64,000 bases of DNA from Flavobacteriales bacterium (GTDB taxonomy: Bacteria > Bacteroidota > Bacteroidia > Flavobacteriales_C > GCA-002722245): contig JAQXEE010000157.1 in NCBI GenBank assembly GCA_029251005.1, positions 645-64,644 of the forward strand, in the 5' to 3' direction. Below, piece by piece: positions 49,421-60,082 of this stretch. Below the pieces are notes generated by a model. It ran no database searches, was not told the origin of the DNA, and was given only the letters and a program-made list of their open reading frames with translations. A program made the position numbers and the translations under genes. The stretch's first letter is position 1, and every line of letters begins with the position of its first letter.

Positions 49421-50446
49421 ATGAACGAAGCTTTAGATCCATCAGATGAACAATTGTCGAACCCAGAAATGGAGTTCGAAAAAGTATTACGTCCAAAAGC
49501 CTTTGAAGATTTCACAGGACAAAAAAAAGTGCTTGATAATTTATCCATTTTTGTGCAAGCTGCTTTAAAAAGAGAAGAAGCCTTGGATCATGTTTTATTG
49601 CATGGGCCTCCAGGTTTAGGAAAAACAACATTGGGTAATATCATCGCCAATGAGCTTGGAAGTAATATTAAATTGGTTTCAGGACCGATGCTAGACAAAC
49701 CAGGTGATTTGGCAGGACTATTAACCAATTTAGCTGAAGGTGATGTTTTGTTTATTGATGAGATTCATCGCTTAAGTCCTATTGTAGAGGAGTATTTATA
49801 CTCTGCTATGGAGGACTATAAAATTGACATTATGATTGATTCTGGTCCCAATGCGAGATCAGTTCAAATAGGTTTGGAACCTTTTACTTTAATTGGTGCT
49901 ACAACTCGTTCGGGTTTATTAACTTCACCATTGAGGGCTCGTTTTGGAATTAATTGTAGGCTCGAATATTATGATACTGAATTATTACAGTTGATTATAT
50001 TACGCTCTGCGGATTTACTTAATGTACCAATAGAAGACGATGCTGCGTTTGAAATATCAAGAAGGAGTAGAGGTACTCCTCGAATAGCAAACGCATTATT
50101 AAGAAGAGTACGTGATTTCGCTGAAATTAAAGGAGACGGGACTATAACCATGAAAGTAACGAATCATGCTTTAAAAGCATTGAATGTTGATGAAAATGGT
50201 TTAGATGATATGGATATTAGAATCCTGACAACGATAATAGATAAATTCAAAGGGGGACCTGTTGGAATAAATACAATTGCAACTGCAGTTGGAGAGGACG
50301 CGGGAACAATTGAAGAGGTTTATGAGCCATTCTTAATTATGGAAGGATTTATTAATCGAACACAAAGAGGTAGAGAAGTTACTGAACAAGCATACAAACA
50401 TTTAGGAATAAACTATCACGGTACACAAGGTGGATTATTTTCCTGA
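49421..50446 (+). CDS. ruvB: Holliday junction branch migration helicase RuvB
   Basis: [28 protein letters not shown]. Confidence 0.97.
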   Translation: MNEALDPSDEQLSNPEMEFEKVLRPKAFEDFTGQKKVLDNLSIFVQAALKREEALDHVLLHGPPGLGKTTLGNIIANELGSNIKLVSGPMLDKPGDLAGLLTNLAEGDVLFIDEIHRLSPIVEEYLYSAMEDYKIDIMIDSGPNARSVQIGLEPFTLIGATTRSGLLTSPLRARFGINCRLEYYDTELLQLIILRSADLLNVPIEDDAAFEISRRSRGTPRIANALLRRVRDFAEIKGDGTITMKVTNHALKALNVDENGLDDMDIRILTTIIDKFKGGPVGINTIATAVGEDAGTIEEVYEPFLIMEGFINRTQRGREVTEQAYKHLGINYHGTQGGLFS

Positions 50447-50470
50447 TTCAATATTAGTAGTTTTACGCAT

Positions 50471-50508
50471 AAAAAAGCTCCGTTACAATTAAGTAACGGA
50501 GCTTTTTT
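50471..50508. terminator. Bidirectional intrinsic terminator
   Basis: aaaaaagctccgttac-aattaa-gtaacggagctttttt. Confidence 0.9.
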
Positions 50509-50525
50509 ATTTTGTAATTTGAGAT

Positions 50526-53500
50526 TTACCTCAGTAGTGTGACAATTCCAGTTCTTTCATAATTCTTATCCGAATATACTTTTTTGTAAATTATTTTATA
50601 AATATAAACGTCTATTTGTTGATCTTCATTATTAAGTGTCCCATCCCATCCTTCATAAATGTTATTTGTGTGGAAAATTTGACTTCCCCACCTGTTAAAT
50701 ATGAACATTTCAAAATCAGAAATAAGATGGCTCTCTGCTCTGAAAAAGTCATTTTTGAAATCACCATTAGGCGTAAATGAATTTGGTATATAAAGAGGGA
50801 AGATAACTTGGAGCTGAATTGTATCTTGTATAAAACAGTTATTTGTATCATAATACGAGACAAAATAAGTTATATCTTCATCAGGCGTAATTGTTGGAGA
50901 AGGACAGCTTTGACAGCTTAAGTAGTTGGTTGGATGCCATTGGTAATCAAACATCGTATTCAAGTTAACATTTATATTTTCACCATAATTTACAGTGTAA
51001 ATAGGGTCTAATGATTGATCCATTACCGGGAGTACTGATACGGTAATGGTATCGCTTACTGAGCAATTATTTTCATTAAGCTCAACTAAATAGGATTGTG
51101 TTACATCTGGATGAATTACTTGTTCGCCTATATTGGGGTTTTGAAATGTTATCGTGTCTATCCAATTGATATCGGCGGTTGATTCTACTGATAGGGAAAC
51201 TCTTTCACCTCTACAAACTGTTAAGTCAGGAGTAGTTTCGCTATTGATTGTAAAAGCATTAATTTTAAACGTATCGATTATTATTCCGCATAAGGTCGTG
51301 GTTTCTAAATAAATACTCTGATCTTCCTGAGTGGGGAAATTTACACTGTCCTCTGTGAAGAAAAAGGATTCAGAATTTACTGTTCTATAAGTGTTAACAT
51401 CAAAGCTTTCAAAAGGAAATATTGCCGTGTCCCCAGCGCAAGCATCTCCTGTATGCTCTGTTCCAAGAGGGTCAATTAGTAGGGGAATTGTGATTTCGTC
51501 AGTTATAACTCCACACCCTGCATCATAGTTTACATAGAAATAAGTTGAATTATCCACGGCTAATGATATACTATTTTGATTTCCCGGAATTGACCCATTT
51601 AAATTTCCCCATTCATATTTATTATTATCCGGTCCATCAACTGATAGGATAAGTGTTTTATTTTTACAATCGTAAGAATCTAATTTTATATTTAAATCAA
51701 CTCCTTGAGTAACTTCTATAGCTACTTGTGTTGTGTCAGAATAAGGACAATGACTAGGATCAAGTGCGACTAATTTTATTACAAATGTACCGGTATCTAA
51801 AAATTCAAATTGACCATCTTGGCTTTCAATTATTGAGCCGTCTGGATAAATCCACTCAAAGCTTTTACCTCCTGTACTTTTATTTTTAAGCATTACAATT
51901 GAATTCGAGCAATATATAGAGTCTTGGTTAAATTCTATTTGAGCAGTTAAAGTAGATGCGTCCATTTTAACAAGAGCTACATTACAAGATCCCGAATTGT
52001 TTTCTTCAGAATAGGCACCAGGAGATACTGGGAAAGATGACGAACCATCACACACAGCACATACAGATTGATAAATAGTACCGTTCTTATCAAATCGACT
52101 TGTACCACCATCTACGTGCTCAGCTAAAGTTAAGCCTCCTAAAAACGTGGAGTAATTTAAAGTTGAAAATTCTTGACCCAGCACCATTATATAAAAGTCA
52201 GATCCATCCGTGTTTTTTTGATATGCATCATCAGTAATAGGGAACCCATTTGTTCCTTGAATCATGTAGTCATTATATGCTCCGCCCCAGCCAGAAATAA
52301 AAATTTCTTTACAATCACTTACCAGAAGGGCTGTTGGGACAAGTTCTGTGGCTTCGGATCCATTACCTATTACAGTAGACAATTCTAAGCTAGATAAGTT
52401 CGAGTTGTATTTATGAATAAATTGTTTACTTCCAGCGTTGTTATAAACACCATCCGAAACAGGCATATTCCCTTCAGATTGACCAAAACAATAAACTTTA
52501 TCATCTGAATCAACATCTACAAGATAATTTTGATCATAGTCAGAAGTTCCTATATAAGAGACATTCTTTAAAGTACTACCATTGGATGATATTTTTGCTA
52601 AAAATCCATCAACGGAACCTTTATAACTTCCACCAAAACTTCCACCGGTTTTTTTAAGGTTTGAACTTGTAGTACCTCCCGAAATATAAAGATCACCCTG
52701 AGAATTTTCTTTAATAGAATAGCACCCATCATCTCCAGACCCTCCAAAATAACTTCCCCATTGTAATTCGGACAAATTACTATTAAAGCGCATAACACAA
52801 CCATCTTGTATTCCCCCGCCATATGTATTTTGAAACCCAAGTTTTGTTGGTAAATCAGACGAATGAGTTACTGAAGACAAAATAATATTATCTGCGCCAT
52901 CAACAATAACCTCCCCTCTATTGCCATCTCCATAGTTTCGAAACAAGCCTAAAACTTGATTTCCATCATTTATTCCATCATTTTTACTTCCTCCAAAATA
53001 TGTACTACCCAATAATTGAGAGAAATTATCATTTAGTTTAGTTAAAACGATATCAGAACCGTTAAAGAAGTCTAAATAACCTGCTGGTGTATGTTCTCCT
53101 CCATTAAATGTTTTATCAAATGAATTGGAAAGAGTAGGATAGTCGGTAGATCCAGAAGCACCATATATAATAAGCTCTCTTTTACTGTTTACAATCATAC
53201 TATGTGGAGCTTCTGTTCCATTTCCCCCAATGTAAGTTGAGGCAACTAAATTTTTTCCGTTAGGACTAAATTTGGAAATTGTCATATCAACATCTCCCCC
53301 TGCCATTGAACTACTAAAGGCTCCTGTAGTTGTTGGATAACCAAAGCCAAATGCGACACCTCCAGCATATGCGTATCCTAAGTCATCATATGTAGCAGAA
53401 AACCCCCAGTTATCAGATAAGGATCCACTAAATGTTGAGAAGTTTAGTTGTGGGTCTATTACAAGGATGGTCGACGTATCATAGTCCTCAGTTTTTATTC

Positions 53501-54179
53501 CAAAAGTATTTTGATTTATTTTTTTGAATAGTGTTTTTAATTGTACTCCGTCTTCCTGGTAAGAATATGGAGCAGAGTCATTAATATTTCCTACACTAGT
53601 AACAAGTGTAATTTTGTTTTTTAAATGGTGAATAGCTTCAAGGCCTTTGTATTCAATTTGGATTTGGTTTGGATCCCCTCCCGGCTTAACAATGAAATCG
53701 TATTTTATTGAATTGTCAACAAACGAAATTCTTAAATCGATTTTATCGTAGATATTTGGTATAGTTGTTATTTGAATAGGAGTTAGGTTGCTTATCCATT
53801 TGGATTCGTCATTTCCAAGAAATGAACTGATTTTATGAGTGAGGTTTGTTTCTTCAGTTCCAAAACTTAATGCATTAGAATTTTTAAAGTTGATTGAGAA
53901 CGTATGACCATCGACAATATCACTTTTTCTTAAGTGATCGCCAAATTTATGATCATGCTCTTCATTATTGTGGTTTAAAAGCTCATTTAATTGTTGAGGA
54001 TTTGCAACTGTTATTTTGAATCCAGTCTTTTCAATAAAAAATACACCATAATTTAATTTAGCTTGATATAAAACTTGTAGAGGGAATTGACCTTTATTTT
54101 TAATTAAATAACCGCCAGCACCCGAACTTATTAAAGGAATTAATAGGCCTATGAATACAAATGAAATTAGTTTCCGCAT
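50526..54179 (-). CDS. T9SS type B (gliding-motility-associated CTD) protein with SBBP-like propeller repeats and PKD-like domains
   Basis: NKGQF N-terminal domain, IDPQLNFSTF, repeated STYxGG, IPNSFTPNGD..ND, IFNRWG, WDGT. Confidence 0.88.
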   Translation of the reverse strand: MRKLISFVFIGLLIPLISSGAGGYLIKNKGQFPLQVLYQAKLNYGVFFIEKTGFKITVANPQQLNELLNHNNEEHDHKFGDHLRKSDIVDGHTFSINFKNSNALSFGTEETNLTHKISSFLGNDESKWISNLTPIQITTIPNIYDKIDLRISFVDNSIKYDFIVKPGGDPNQIQIEYKGLEAIHHLKNKITLVTSVGNINDSAPYSYQEDGVQLKTLFKKINQNTFGIKTEDYDTSTILVIDPQLNFSTFSGSLSDNWGFSATYDDLGYAYAGGVAFGFGYPTTTGAFSSSMAGGDVDMTISKFSPNGKNLVASTYIGGNGTEAPHSMIVNSKRELIIYGASGSTDYPTLSNSFDKTFNGGEHTPAGYLDFFNGSDIVLTKLNDNFSQLLGSTYFGGSKNDGINDGNQVLGLFRNYGDGNRGEVIVDGADNIILSSVTHSSDLPTKLGFQNTYGGGIQDGCVMRFNSNLSELQWGSYFGGSGDDGCYSIKENSQGDLYISGGTTSSNLKKTGGSFGGSYKGSVDGFLAKISSNGSTLKNVSYIGTSDYDQNYLVDVDSDDKVYCFGQSEGNMPVSDGVYNNAGSKQFIHKYNSNLSSLELSTVIGNGSEATELVPTALLVSDCKEIFISGWGGAYNDYMIQGTNGFPITDDAYQKNTDGSDFYIMVLGQEFSTLNYSTFLGGLTLAEHVDGGTSRFDKNGTIYQSVCAVCDGSSSFPVSPGAYSEENNSGSCNVALVKMDASTLTAQIEFNQDSIYCSNSIVMLKNKSTGGKSFEWIYPDGSIIESQDGQFEFLDTGTFVIKLVALDPSHCPYSDTTQVAIEVTQGVDLNIKLDSYDCKNKTLILSVDGPDNNKYEWGNLNGSIPGNQNSISLAVDNSTYFYVNYDAGCGVITDEITIPLLIDPLGTEHTGDACAGDTAIFPFESFDVNTYRTVNSESFFFTEDSVNFPTQEDQSIYLETTTLCGIIIDTFKINAFTINSETTPDLTVCRGERVSLSVESTADINWIDTITFQNPNIGEQVIHPDVTQSYLVELNENNCSVSDTITVSVLPVMDQSLDPIYTVNYGENINVNLNTMFDYQWHPTNYLSCQSCPSPTITPDEDITYFVSYYDTNNCFIQDTIQLQVIFPLYIPNSFTPNGDFKNDFFRAESHLISDFEMFIFNRWGSQIFHTNNIYEGWDGTLNNEDQQIDVYIYKIIYKKVYSDKNYERTGIVTLLR

Positions 54180-54370
54180 ATTAATCTTTTTAAGTTTATA
54201 TTAAGTTGACAAAAATTAAACCTAAGTCTTTACTCAACACTTTTTAGCTTAAAGTATTAACGAGTGTAAAGATAAAATAATATAGTTTTTTAAAAATAAA
54301 ATGCTGGTTAAGCATCTGTTAATAAGGTTAAAACGGTTATTAATGAGATTAAACAGGCTTTATTGATTTA

Positions 54371-54416
54371 TTAAAACCAAAAAGGGTGAGAATTTTCTCA
54401 CCCTTTTTGGTTTTAA
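54371..54416 (-). terminator. Long palindrome, probable terminator of the DAHP synthase gene
   Basis: 22-bp perfect arms ttaaaaccaaaaagggtgagaa/ttctcaccctttttggttttaa, 2-nt spacer. Confidence 0.75.
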
Positions 54417-54428
54417 GATCAGCGGAAA

Positions 54429-55532
54429 TTACTTTCCAACTAATTCTGGTTGTCCATCATTCATAATAAGATTTTGACGACGGATAGATTCTTTATGTAT
54501 TAATTTTAAGTAATGCTTAACAAAATCAGCATCAAGTCCCATAGCAACACCTAGAGCAATTCTTTTGTTAACGATTTCTTCCCATCTGTCAACCTGCAAA
54601 ATTGTAACACTATTGTCTCTCTTGTACTCACCAATTTGATCAGCAACTTTCATTCTTGATGAAATTTTTTGGAAAATTTCATCATCTAAATCATCAATTT
54701 CTTTTCTTAAAGAGTCTAATTTATTAGTGTCGGCAGCTTCAGAAGTTTCTTGTCTGAAAGTTAAACCGTCTAATAATTGAGTCAACCCAGCTGGAGTAAC
54801 TTGCTGTGCAGCATCAGACCATGCAACAGAAGGAGTCATATGCGACTCAATCATTAATCCTTCCATGTTTAAATCTAACGCTTTTTGACAAACGTAAGGC
54901 AGTAAGTCACGGTTACCGGCGATGTGTGACGGATCGTTCACGATATCTAAATCAGGGAACTTTCGCATCATTTCAATTGCCATATCCCACATTGGTAGGT
55001 TACGGAATGGAGTTTTCTCATATGTAGAGAAACCTCTATGAATTGCAGCTAACCTTGTAATACCTGCTTTGTTAATTCTTTCTAAACCACCTTGCCATAA
55101 TCCTAAATCTGGGTTAATTGGGTTTTTAACCATTACTGGAATGTCAACACCCTGTAAAGCGTCAGCAACTTCCTGAACAGAGAAAGGGTTTACTGTAGTA
55201 CGAGCACCAACCCATAAAATGTCAATTCCTGCTTTTAAACAAGCTTCAACGTGAGCACCAGTTGCAACTTCAGTTGCTGTTAGTAAGCCAGTTTCAGCTT
55301 TAGCTTTGTTTAACCACTCTAAACCTATTTCACCAATACCTTCAAAACTTCCTGGTCTAGTTCTTGGTTTCCAAATACCAGCTCTTAAAACATTTACTCT
55401 TTTATCCTTAGCCACGTCTTTAGCAGTAGTTAATACTTGCTCTTCAGTTTCAGCACTACAAGGACCGCTTATTATCATTGGTTGCTCTAAACCTAATCCC
55501 CAATCTTTAATTCTTTTTAAATCTAAACTCAT
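54429..55532 (-). CDS. Bifunctional DAHP synthase (I-beta)/chorismate mutase
   Basis: GPCSAE, WKPRTRP, DPSH; C-terminal LRKEIDDLD...R...IGEYK AroQ domain; ATG 55532 preferred. Confidence 0.92.
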   Translation of the reverse strand: MSLDLKRIKDWGLGLEQPMIISGPCSAETEEQVLTTAKDVAKDKRVNVLRAGIWKPRTRPGSFEGIGEIGLEWLNKAKAETGLLTATEVATGAHVEACLKAGIDILWVGARTTVNPFSVQEVADALQGVDIPVMVKNPINPDLGLWQGGLERINKAGITRLAAIHRGFSTYEKTPFRNLPMWDMAIEMMRKFPDLDIVNDPSHIAGNRDLLPYVCQKALDLNMEGLMIESHMTPSVAWSDAAQQVTPAGLTQLLDGLTFRQETSEAADTNKLDSLRKEIDDLDDEIFQKISSRMKVADQIGEYKRDNSVTILQVDRWEEIVNKRIALGVAMGLDADFVKHYLKLIHKESIRRQNLIMNDGQPELVGK

Positions 55533-55682
55533 AACTTTTAATTTTATGCTCAAGGAAAACTTGGTTGTTAATTAGAATAATCAATCTTTTAAAATTAAAG
55601 AGTCGATATTTAACTTCTATGCTTGGTAAAGTATTCTGACGTTATCAGCAACACTCAAATCAACTTTTCATTTGTGCGACTG

Positions 55683-55690
55683 CAAAGATA
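55683..55690 (-). promoter_or_regulatory. -7 promoter element for the DAHP synthase gene
   Basis: Reverse complement is TATCTTTG(CA); implies a leader of about 145 nt. Confidence 0.55.
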
Positions 55691-55865
55691 GGTGAGTTCA
55701 TTGTCGAATCCAAATAAAATTTGCTTATTCACATTTTATCCCGACTCAAACAAAATTAAATTTTGTTTACTTTTTTTATGTTGCTTGAAATGTTAATAAA
55801 TGCTTGTATTTCCAACATTTATTCGCTAATCATTAAAAATTCGGAATAACATTTTTTGAGTAAAT

Positions 55866-56996
55866 CTAGTTGTTTGCCAACCAAGCTTTGCTGTTATGAG
55901 AAAGCTTTGCCTTAGCAAGAGCTTTTAAGGCAACAACCTTATTATTGTAAGAGCCGTAGGAAACACGATGTAGACCTGAATTAGAAGAACCTGCTAATTG
56001 CGCATCGGGAAATCCTGCTTTTCGTAAGCTTAACACCATTTTGTCAGCATTACTCTCAACACCAAAACAACCAGCAATTACATGATATTTGAAAGAAGTA
56101 GTTGCTTTTTTTATTGGTTGAAGACTAAGGGTTTTAATTGATTTTCCCTTTTTTGTTTTGATAGGAAATTTAGCAAATATTTTGGCTTTTTCTTTTTGTT
56201 CCTCCTGTAATATTTTGATTTGATTTAAATCTTCTTGTTGGTCTAGCAGTCCACGTTCAGTGAATAACTGTTTTTCCTGCTCATCAAAAAAAGTAATTTC
56301 TTTAACAACCACGGTTTTCTCTTCATCAGCTTTTGATTTGCCAGCCGTGAATCTCGCTTGAGGCTCGATTTTTTCAGAAAATAATCCATTCAAAAAATTT
56401 AAATCTAAATGATTGCGGATTGCATCGTTATTCGTAGAAACCGATAAAAATAAGAAAGCACCAATTGAAGCAGCAGCTACAGCAGTAATTGTTCTTTTTA
56501 AGGTCTTATATGTTTTGGGAGTTGCTTTTTTCTGATTTAAACCACGCTCTATTCTATGGGCTAAGCCAACGCGCTCAATAGGTGTAGCATGAACATTGGT
56601 TAAACCGAAAGAAGTGTTCGCAAAATTTGATTCGTTAAATTGATCAAAAATTAAATTTCCTTCCTTGTTCAGAACAAAAGACCCAATTCCTTCTAATTCA
56701 AGGTAATTTGATTTTTCAAGTTCTTTTTGCCAAAATGATACTTTAACCTCAATTGCTCTAAGGGCTTCATTATAGGTCATTCCACATTTAGCAGCTACAT
56801 TTTTTGCAAGTAAGCCATCGTTTTTTGAAAGCTTAATATTAAAAGAAATTCCTTTCCCCGGAGGAATAAGAATGTTTTTAGAAGGTTCGAGTATAGCAGG
56901 ACGATAATGTGTCACAAAACCACCAAACTGCGGAATGACAACACAATCCTCTTCAAGGAGTAATTCTTTTGCTATTTTTTCTACTCTAATATTCAT
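55866..56996 (-). CDS. HU-CCDC81-like N-terminal domains, TM, SPOR domain protein
   Basis: CVVIPQFGGF, NDGLL, LEGIGSF; TM; YHVIAGCF..ESNA...RVSYGSY. Confidence 0.82.
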   Translation of the reverse strand: MNIRVEKIAKELLLEEDCVVIPQFGGFVTHYRPAILEPSKNILIPPGKGISFNIKLSKNDGLLAKNVAAKCGMTYNEALRAIEVKVSFWQKELEKSNYLELEGIGSFVLNKEGNLIFDQFNESNFANTSFGLTNVHATPIERVGLAHRIERGLNQKKATPKTYKTLKRTITAVAAASIGAFLFLSVSTNNDAIRNHLDLNFLNGLFSEKIEPQARFTAGKSKADEEKTVVVKEITFFDEQEKQLFTERGLLDQQEDLNQIKILQEEQKEKAKIFAKFPIKTKKGKSIKTLSLQPIKKATTSFKYHVIAGCFGVESNADKMVLSLRKAGFPDAQLAGSSNSGLHRVSYGSYNNKVVALKALAKAKLSHNSKAWLANN

Positions 56997-57012
56997 TTGT
57001 TATGATACCTAT

Positions 57013-57020
57013 CAAAGGTA
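57013..57020 (-). promoter_or_regulatory. -7 promoter element
   Basis: Reverse complement is TACCTTTG. Confidence 0.55.
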
Positions 57021-57207
57021 TAAATTAAACCTTTATTATTCATCTTCAATGTACGTCATTTTTTAATTGAAATGCAATAGGTTTACCAACAGTTTATTAA
57101 CACTTAATTCATCAATTTACTTAACATGAAAAACTGAGTTGCTAATAATATTCTAATTCTCTCAATGTATGTTTAACTAGTATGATTAACTTTACGTTTA
57201 ATTAATT

Positions 57208-58995
57208 ATGTTTCAATTAGCCGATTATATAAGTGAGACTTGGGTACAGGTCTATGTTATAGGAGTAGTTTCACTCACTGTTATCTTTTTGTATAAGGAA
57301 ATATATAACACTGCAATTACTTTTTTGGGAGCAGTAGGACTTTTATTAATTCCAAGTATTGTTAAAACGGATGATGTACTTTCTTCGTTTGCAAACGAGC
57401 AAGTTGCAGTAATTATTATGTTGTTAGTGATTGGGCAGTTTCTAAAAAGGAGTCCTGTTATCGAGCAACTCTTTCAAAAGCTTTTTTTGAAAACAAAAGG
57501 TTATTTCGCTTTTACTTTCAAAATGACAGGGTTTGTTTCGATGTTTTCAGGGTTTATGAATAATACACCTTTAGTAGCTTTACTACTTCCATACGTTGTG
57601 GATTGGGGAAGAAAAAACAAAGTTGCCCCTTCAAAATTGCTAATACCTTTATCCTTTGCGGCAATAATGGGTGGCGGATTAACCCTAATTGGTACTTCAA
57701 CGAACCTTATTGCCAATAGTATTTTAGTTTCAAAAGATTATCCAGCATTATCAATGTTTTCTTTCTTCTTAATTGGAGCTCCACTAGTTGTTGTAGGAAT
57801 TGGTTATATATTGATTTTTGGAAAGAGAATTCTTCCTGATAATGTAGGAATGCTTTCTAATTTTGATGAAAATAATAGAGAATATTTAGTTGATTTGTTG
57901 GTCTCTAAAGGTTCACCTTTAGTTGGAAAAACGATTGGAGAATCAAATTTAAGAAATTTAAACGATCTGTACCTTGTAGAAATAGTACGTCCTGATAAAG
58001 TTCGAACAGCTCCAGGTCCTAAAGAAATAATGAGAGCTGGTGATTATTTAATTTTTGCCGGTGAAACAGAAAAAATTGTTGACATTGTGAATATGGATCT
58101 TGGTTTAGAAATGCCAAATGAAGTTGGAGCAATGAAAAAAAAGAAGGAAGTAGTAGAGGTTATTATACCCTACAACTCATCTCTTTCTAGAAAAAAAATA
58201 AAGGACTCCGATTTTAGGTCTAGATTTGATGCAGCTATTATTGCCGTAAGAAGGGATGGTGAAAAACTATTTGGTAAAATAGGAGAAATTACGCTTCAAA
58301 AAGGAGATATGATGCTTTGTGTTGTTGGACATGATTTTTACAAAAGAATAAGGAGAGCAAAAGAGTTAACGCTTATTTCAAATGTTCGTCAGTTGCAGGA
58401 TATTGATGGTAAAAAATCTACATCATTAATTATAGCTTCCATTATTTCGATATTACTACCAGCCCTTGGTTTAGTCTCCTTATTTCAATCATTGTTGATT
58501 TTATTCGTTTATCTCTTGTTAAGTAAAGTTGTTTTGTTTGGAGAACTTAAACGCGCAATAAATATTAATTTAATTGCAATAATGGGAGGTGCTTTGACTA
58601 TTGGCGTAGCTATGGATAATAGTGGAACTGCTAAGTTAATAGCGAGCGAGGGTTTATCTATACTTAAGCCACTTGGGCCAGTGGGAATATTAGCAGGGGT
58701 TTATTTAATTACTAACCTCTTAGCAGCATATATGACAAATATTGCTGCAGTTTCTATCATAATGCCAATTGCATTGAGTTTTGCAAATGTTCACAACTTT
58801 GATGTCATGCCTTTTGTTTTTTGTGTAGCTTTTGCAGGATCTAAGACTTTTTTAACGCCAATTGGTTACCAAACTAATTTGATGGTTTACGGACCAGGAG
58901 GTTATAATTTCAAAGATTATTTTAAGTTTGGATTTCCATTGACAGTTATTTTTATGATCACAACTCTTGGGCTCTTAAAGCTCATTTACTTTTAA
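57208..58995 (+). CDS. SLC13/DASS-family permease with TrkA-C domains
   Basis: FMNNTP, TLIGTSTNL, two RCK-C repeats, TPIGYQTNLMVYGPGGY. Confidence 0.9.
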   Translation: MFQLADYISETWVQVYVIGVVSLTVIFLYKEIYNTAITFLGAVGLLLIPSIVKTDDVLSSFANEQVAVIIMLLVIGQFLKRSPVIEQLFQKLFLKTKGYFAFTFKMTGFVSMFSGFMNNTPLVALLLPYVVDWGRKNKVAPSKLLIPLSFAAIMGGGLTLIGTSTNLIANSILVSKDYPALSMFSFFLIGAPLVVVGIGYILIFGKRILPDNVGMLSNFDENNREYLVDLLVSKGSPLVGKTIGESNLRNLNDLYLVEIVRPDKVRTAPGPKEIMRAGDYLIFAGETEKIVDIVNMDLGLEMPNEVGAMKKKKEVVEVIIPYNSSLSRKKIKDSDFRSRFDAAIIAVRRDGEKLFGKIGEITLQKGDMMLCVVGHDFYKRIRRAKELTLISNVRQLQDIDGKKSTSLIIASIISILLPALGLVSLFQSLLILFVYLLLSKVVLFGELKRAININLIAIMGGALTIGVAMDNSGTAKLIASEGLSILKPLGPVGILAGVYLITNLLAAYMTNIAAVSIIMPIALSFANVHNFDVMPFVFCVAFAGSKTFLTPIGYQTNLMVYGPGGYNFKDYFKFGFPLTVIFMITTLGLLKLIYF

Positions 58996-59417
58996 GAGGA
59001 ACAAGCCAAATTGATTTAAAATTTTTCGACTTTCACTTTTTATTTCAATCAAGCGCTTTAAATTTAAGTCTTCGGAAAAATTGTGTTTCATACAACTTAG
59101 CTTAGTCATCTAGCAAAACCCTTGAGGGATCCAGATGTCTATTTATACTGTATTCAAAATTAAAGTTGATGTTCATCCTTCTTTTTAAAAAGTATTATGA
59201 TTTAATAATCGATGCTTTATTTAATTTTTTTGAGTAAAGCGTAAGGATTAATGAAACAAAAAAAACCTCATCACAACATGTAGCCTATTCTACATGTGCT
59301 TATTCTTTTGGATTTGTGTTATAAATCGCTAAAAACCGCAAAAGAATTTTAACTTTTAAGTTCAGTGAAAAATTGATGTGATTCTTAGGTTGTTTTTTAA
59401 AAAAAATCAAGTGAGTC

Positions 59418-59777
59418 CTAGCAGACTTTTAAAACATCACTTGGTGTTATACAAAAGACCACCTTGTCTTTAAAAAGAGCAATTGGGCTTTTGAGTAATT
59501 CTGGATTATTCATAATCATATAGTATGCAGAATCAATATCTGGATCTCTACCTTTAATATTTTCTTGATAATAAGGACTTGATTTGTCCATAATATCTTT
59601 GGCTTTTAATTGTAGCTTTTGAATTGCTAACCTAAATAAAGTATTCGATAGCCTAACTTCATTTATATCCTGACGGTTAATATTAGAGGAAATTCCTTGG
59701 GCAATAGCTAGAGTTTTTTTGTCAATAATTTTTTTACCATTGTAGATCAGTGTTAATTCAGATTTTTCGTAGTGCAT
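59418..59777 (-). CDS. ArsC/Spx-like family protein
   Basis: 119 aa; NPELLKSPIA motif; no N-terminal Cys. Confidence 0.65.
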   Translation of the reverse strand: MHYEKSELTLIYNGKKIIDKKTLAIAQGISSNINRQDINEVRLSNTLFRLAIQKLQLKAKDIMDKSSPYYQENIKGRDPDIDSAYYMIMNNPELLKSPIALFKDKVVFCITPSDVLKVC

Positions 59778-60082
59778 AAGTTATTTGTTTTAAGGGGTTT
59801 ACTACCTCTACGGTTGTTTCTAGATAATGTTTAGAAAGGTTTAAGATTCGTGGTTTGAAGTAGCTTTAGAAAAGGCTACAAAAAATTCCAAAAATCGTTT
59901 TCTTGGACCTGTCTATTTATCAAGGTTTAGAAACAAATACTGAATGGTCCTGAGTTTTACTCATGTATGTATTCATTCGTTCAATTAGTAAGATTCCTAA
60001 AAATTTGGTGAGGTTTTTATATTGAAACTTTGCCAAAATCTAAACAGTATAAAATTAAGACAATCTAAACAGGAAATTAATT

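Noticed and set aside
55533..55680. Aromatic amino acid attenuator in the DAHP synthase leader
   Set aside because: The only ATG uORF is MKS*; there is no Phe/Tyr/Trp-rich peptide and no terminator with a U tract
59276..59297. Hairpin acatgtag/ctacatgt in the convergent spacer
   Set aside because: Short 8-bp stem with no adjacent U tract; cannot distinguish it from chance or a weak terminator
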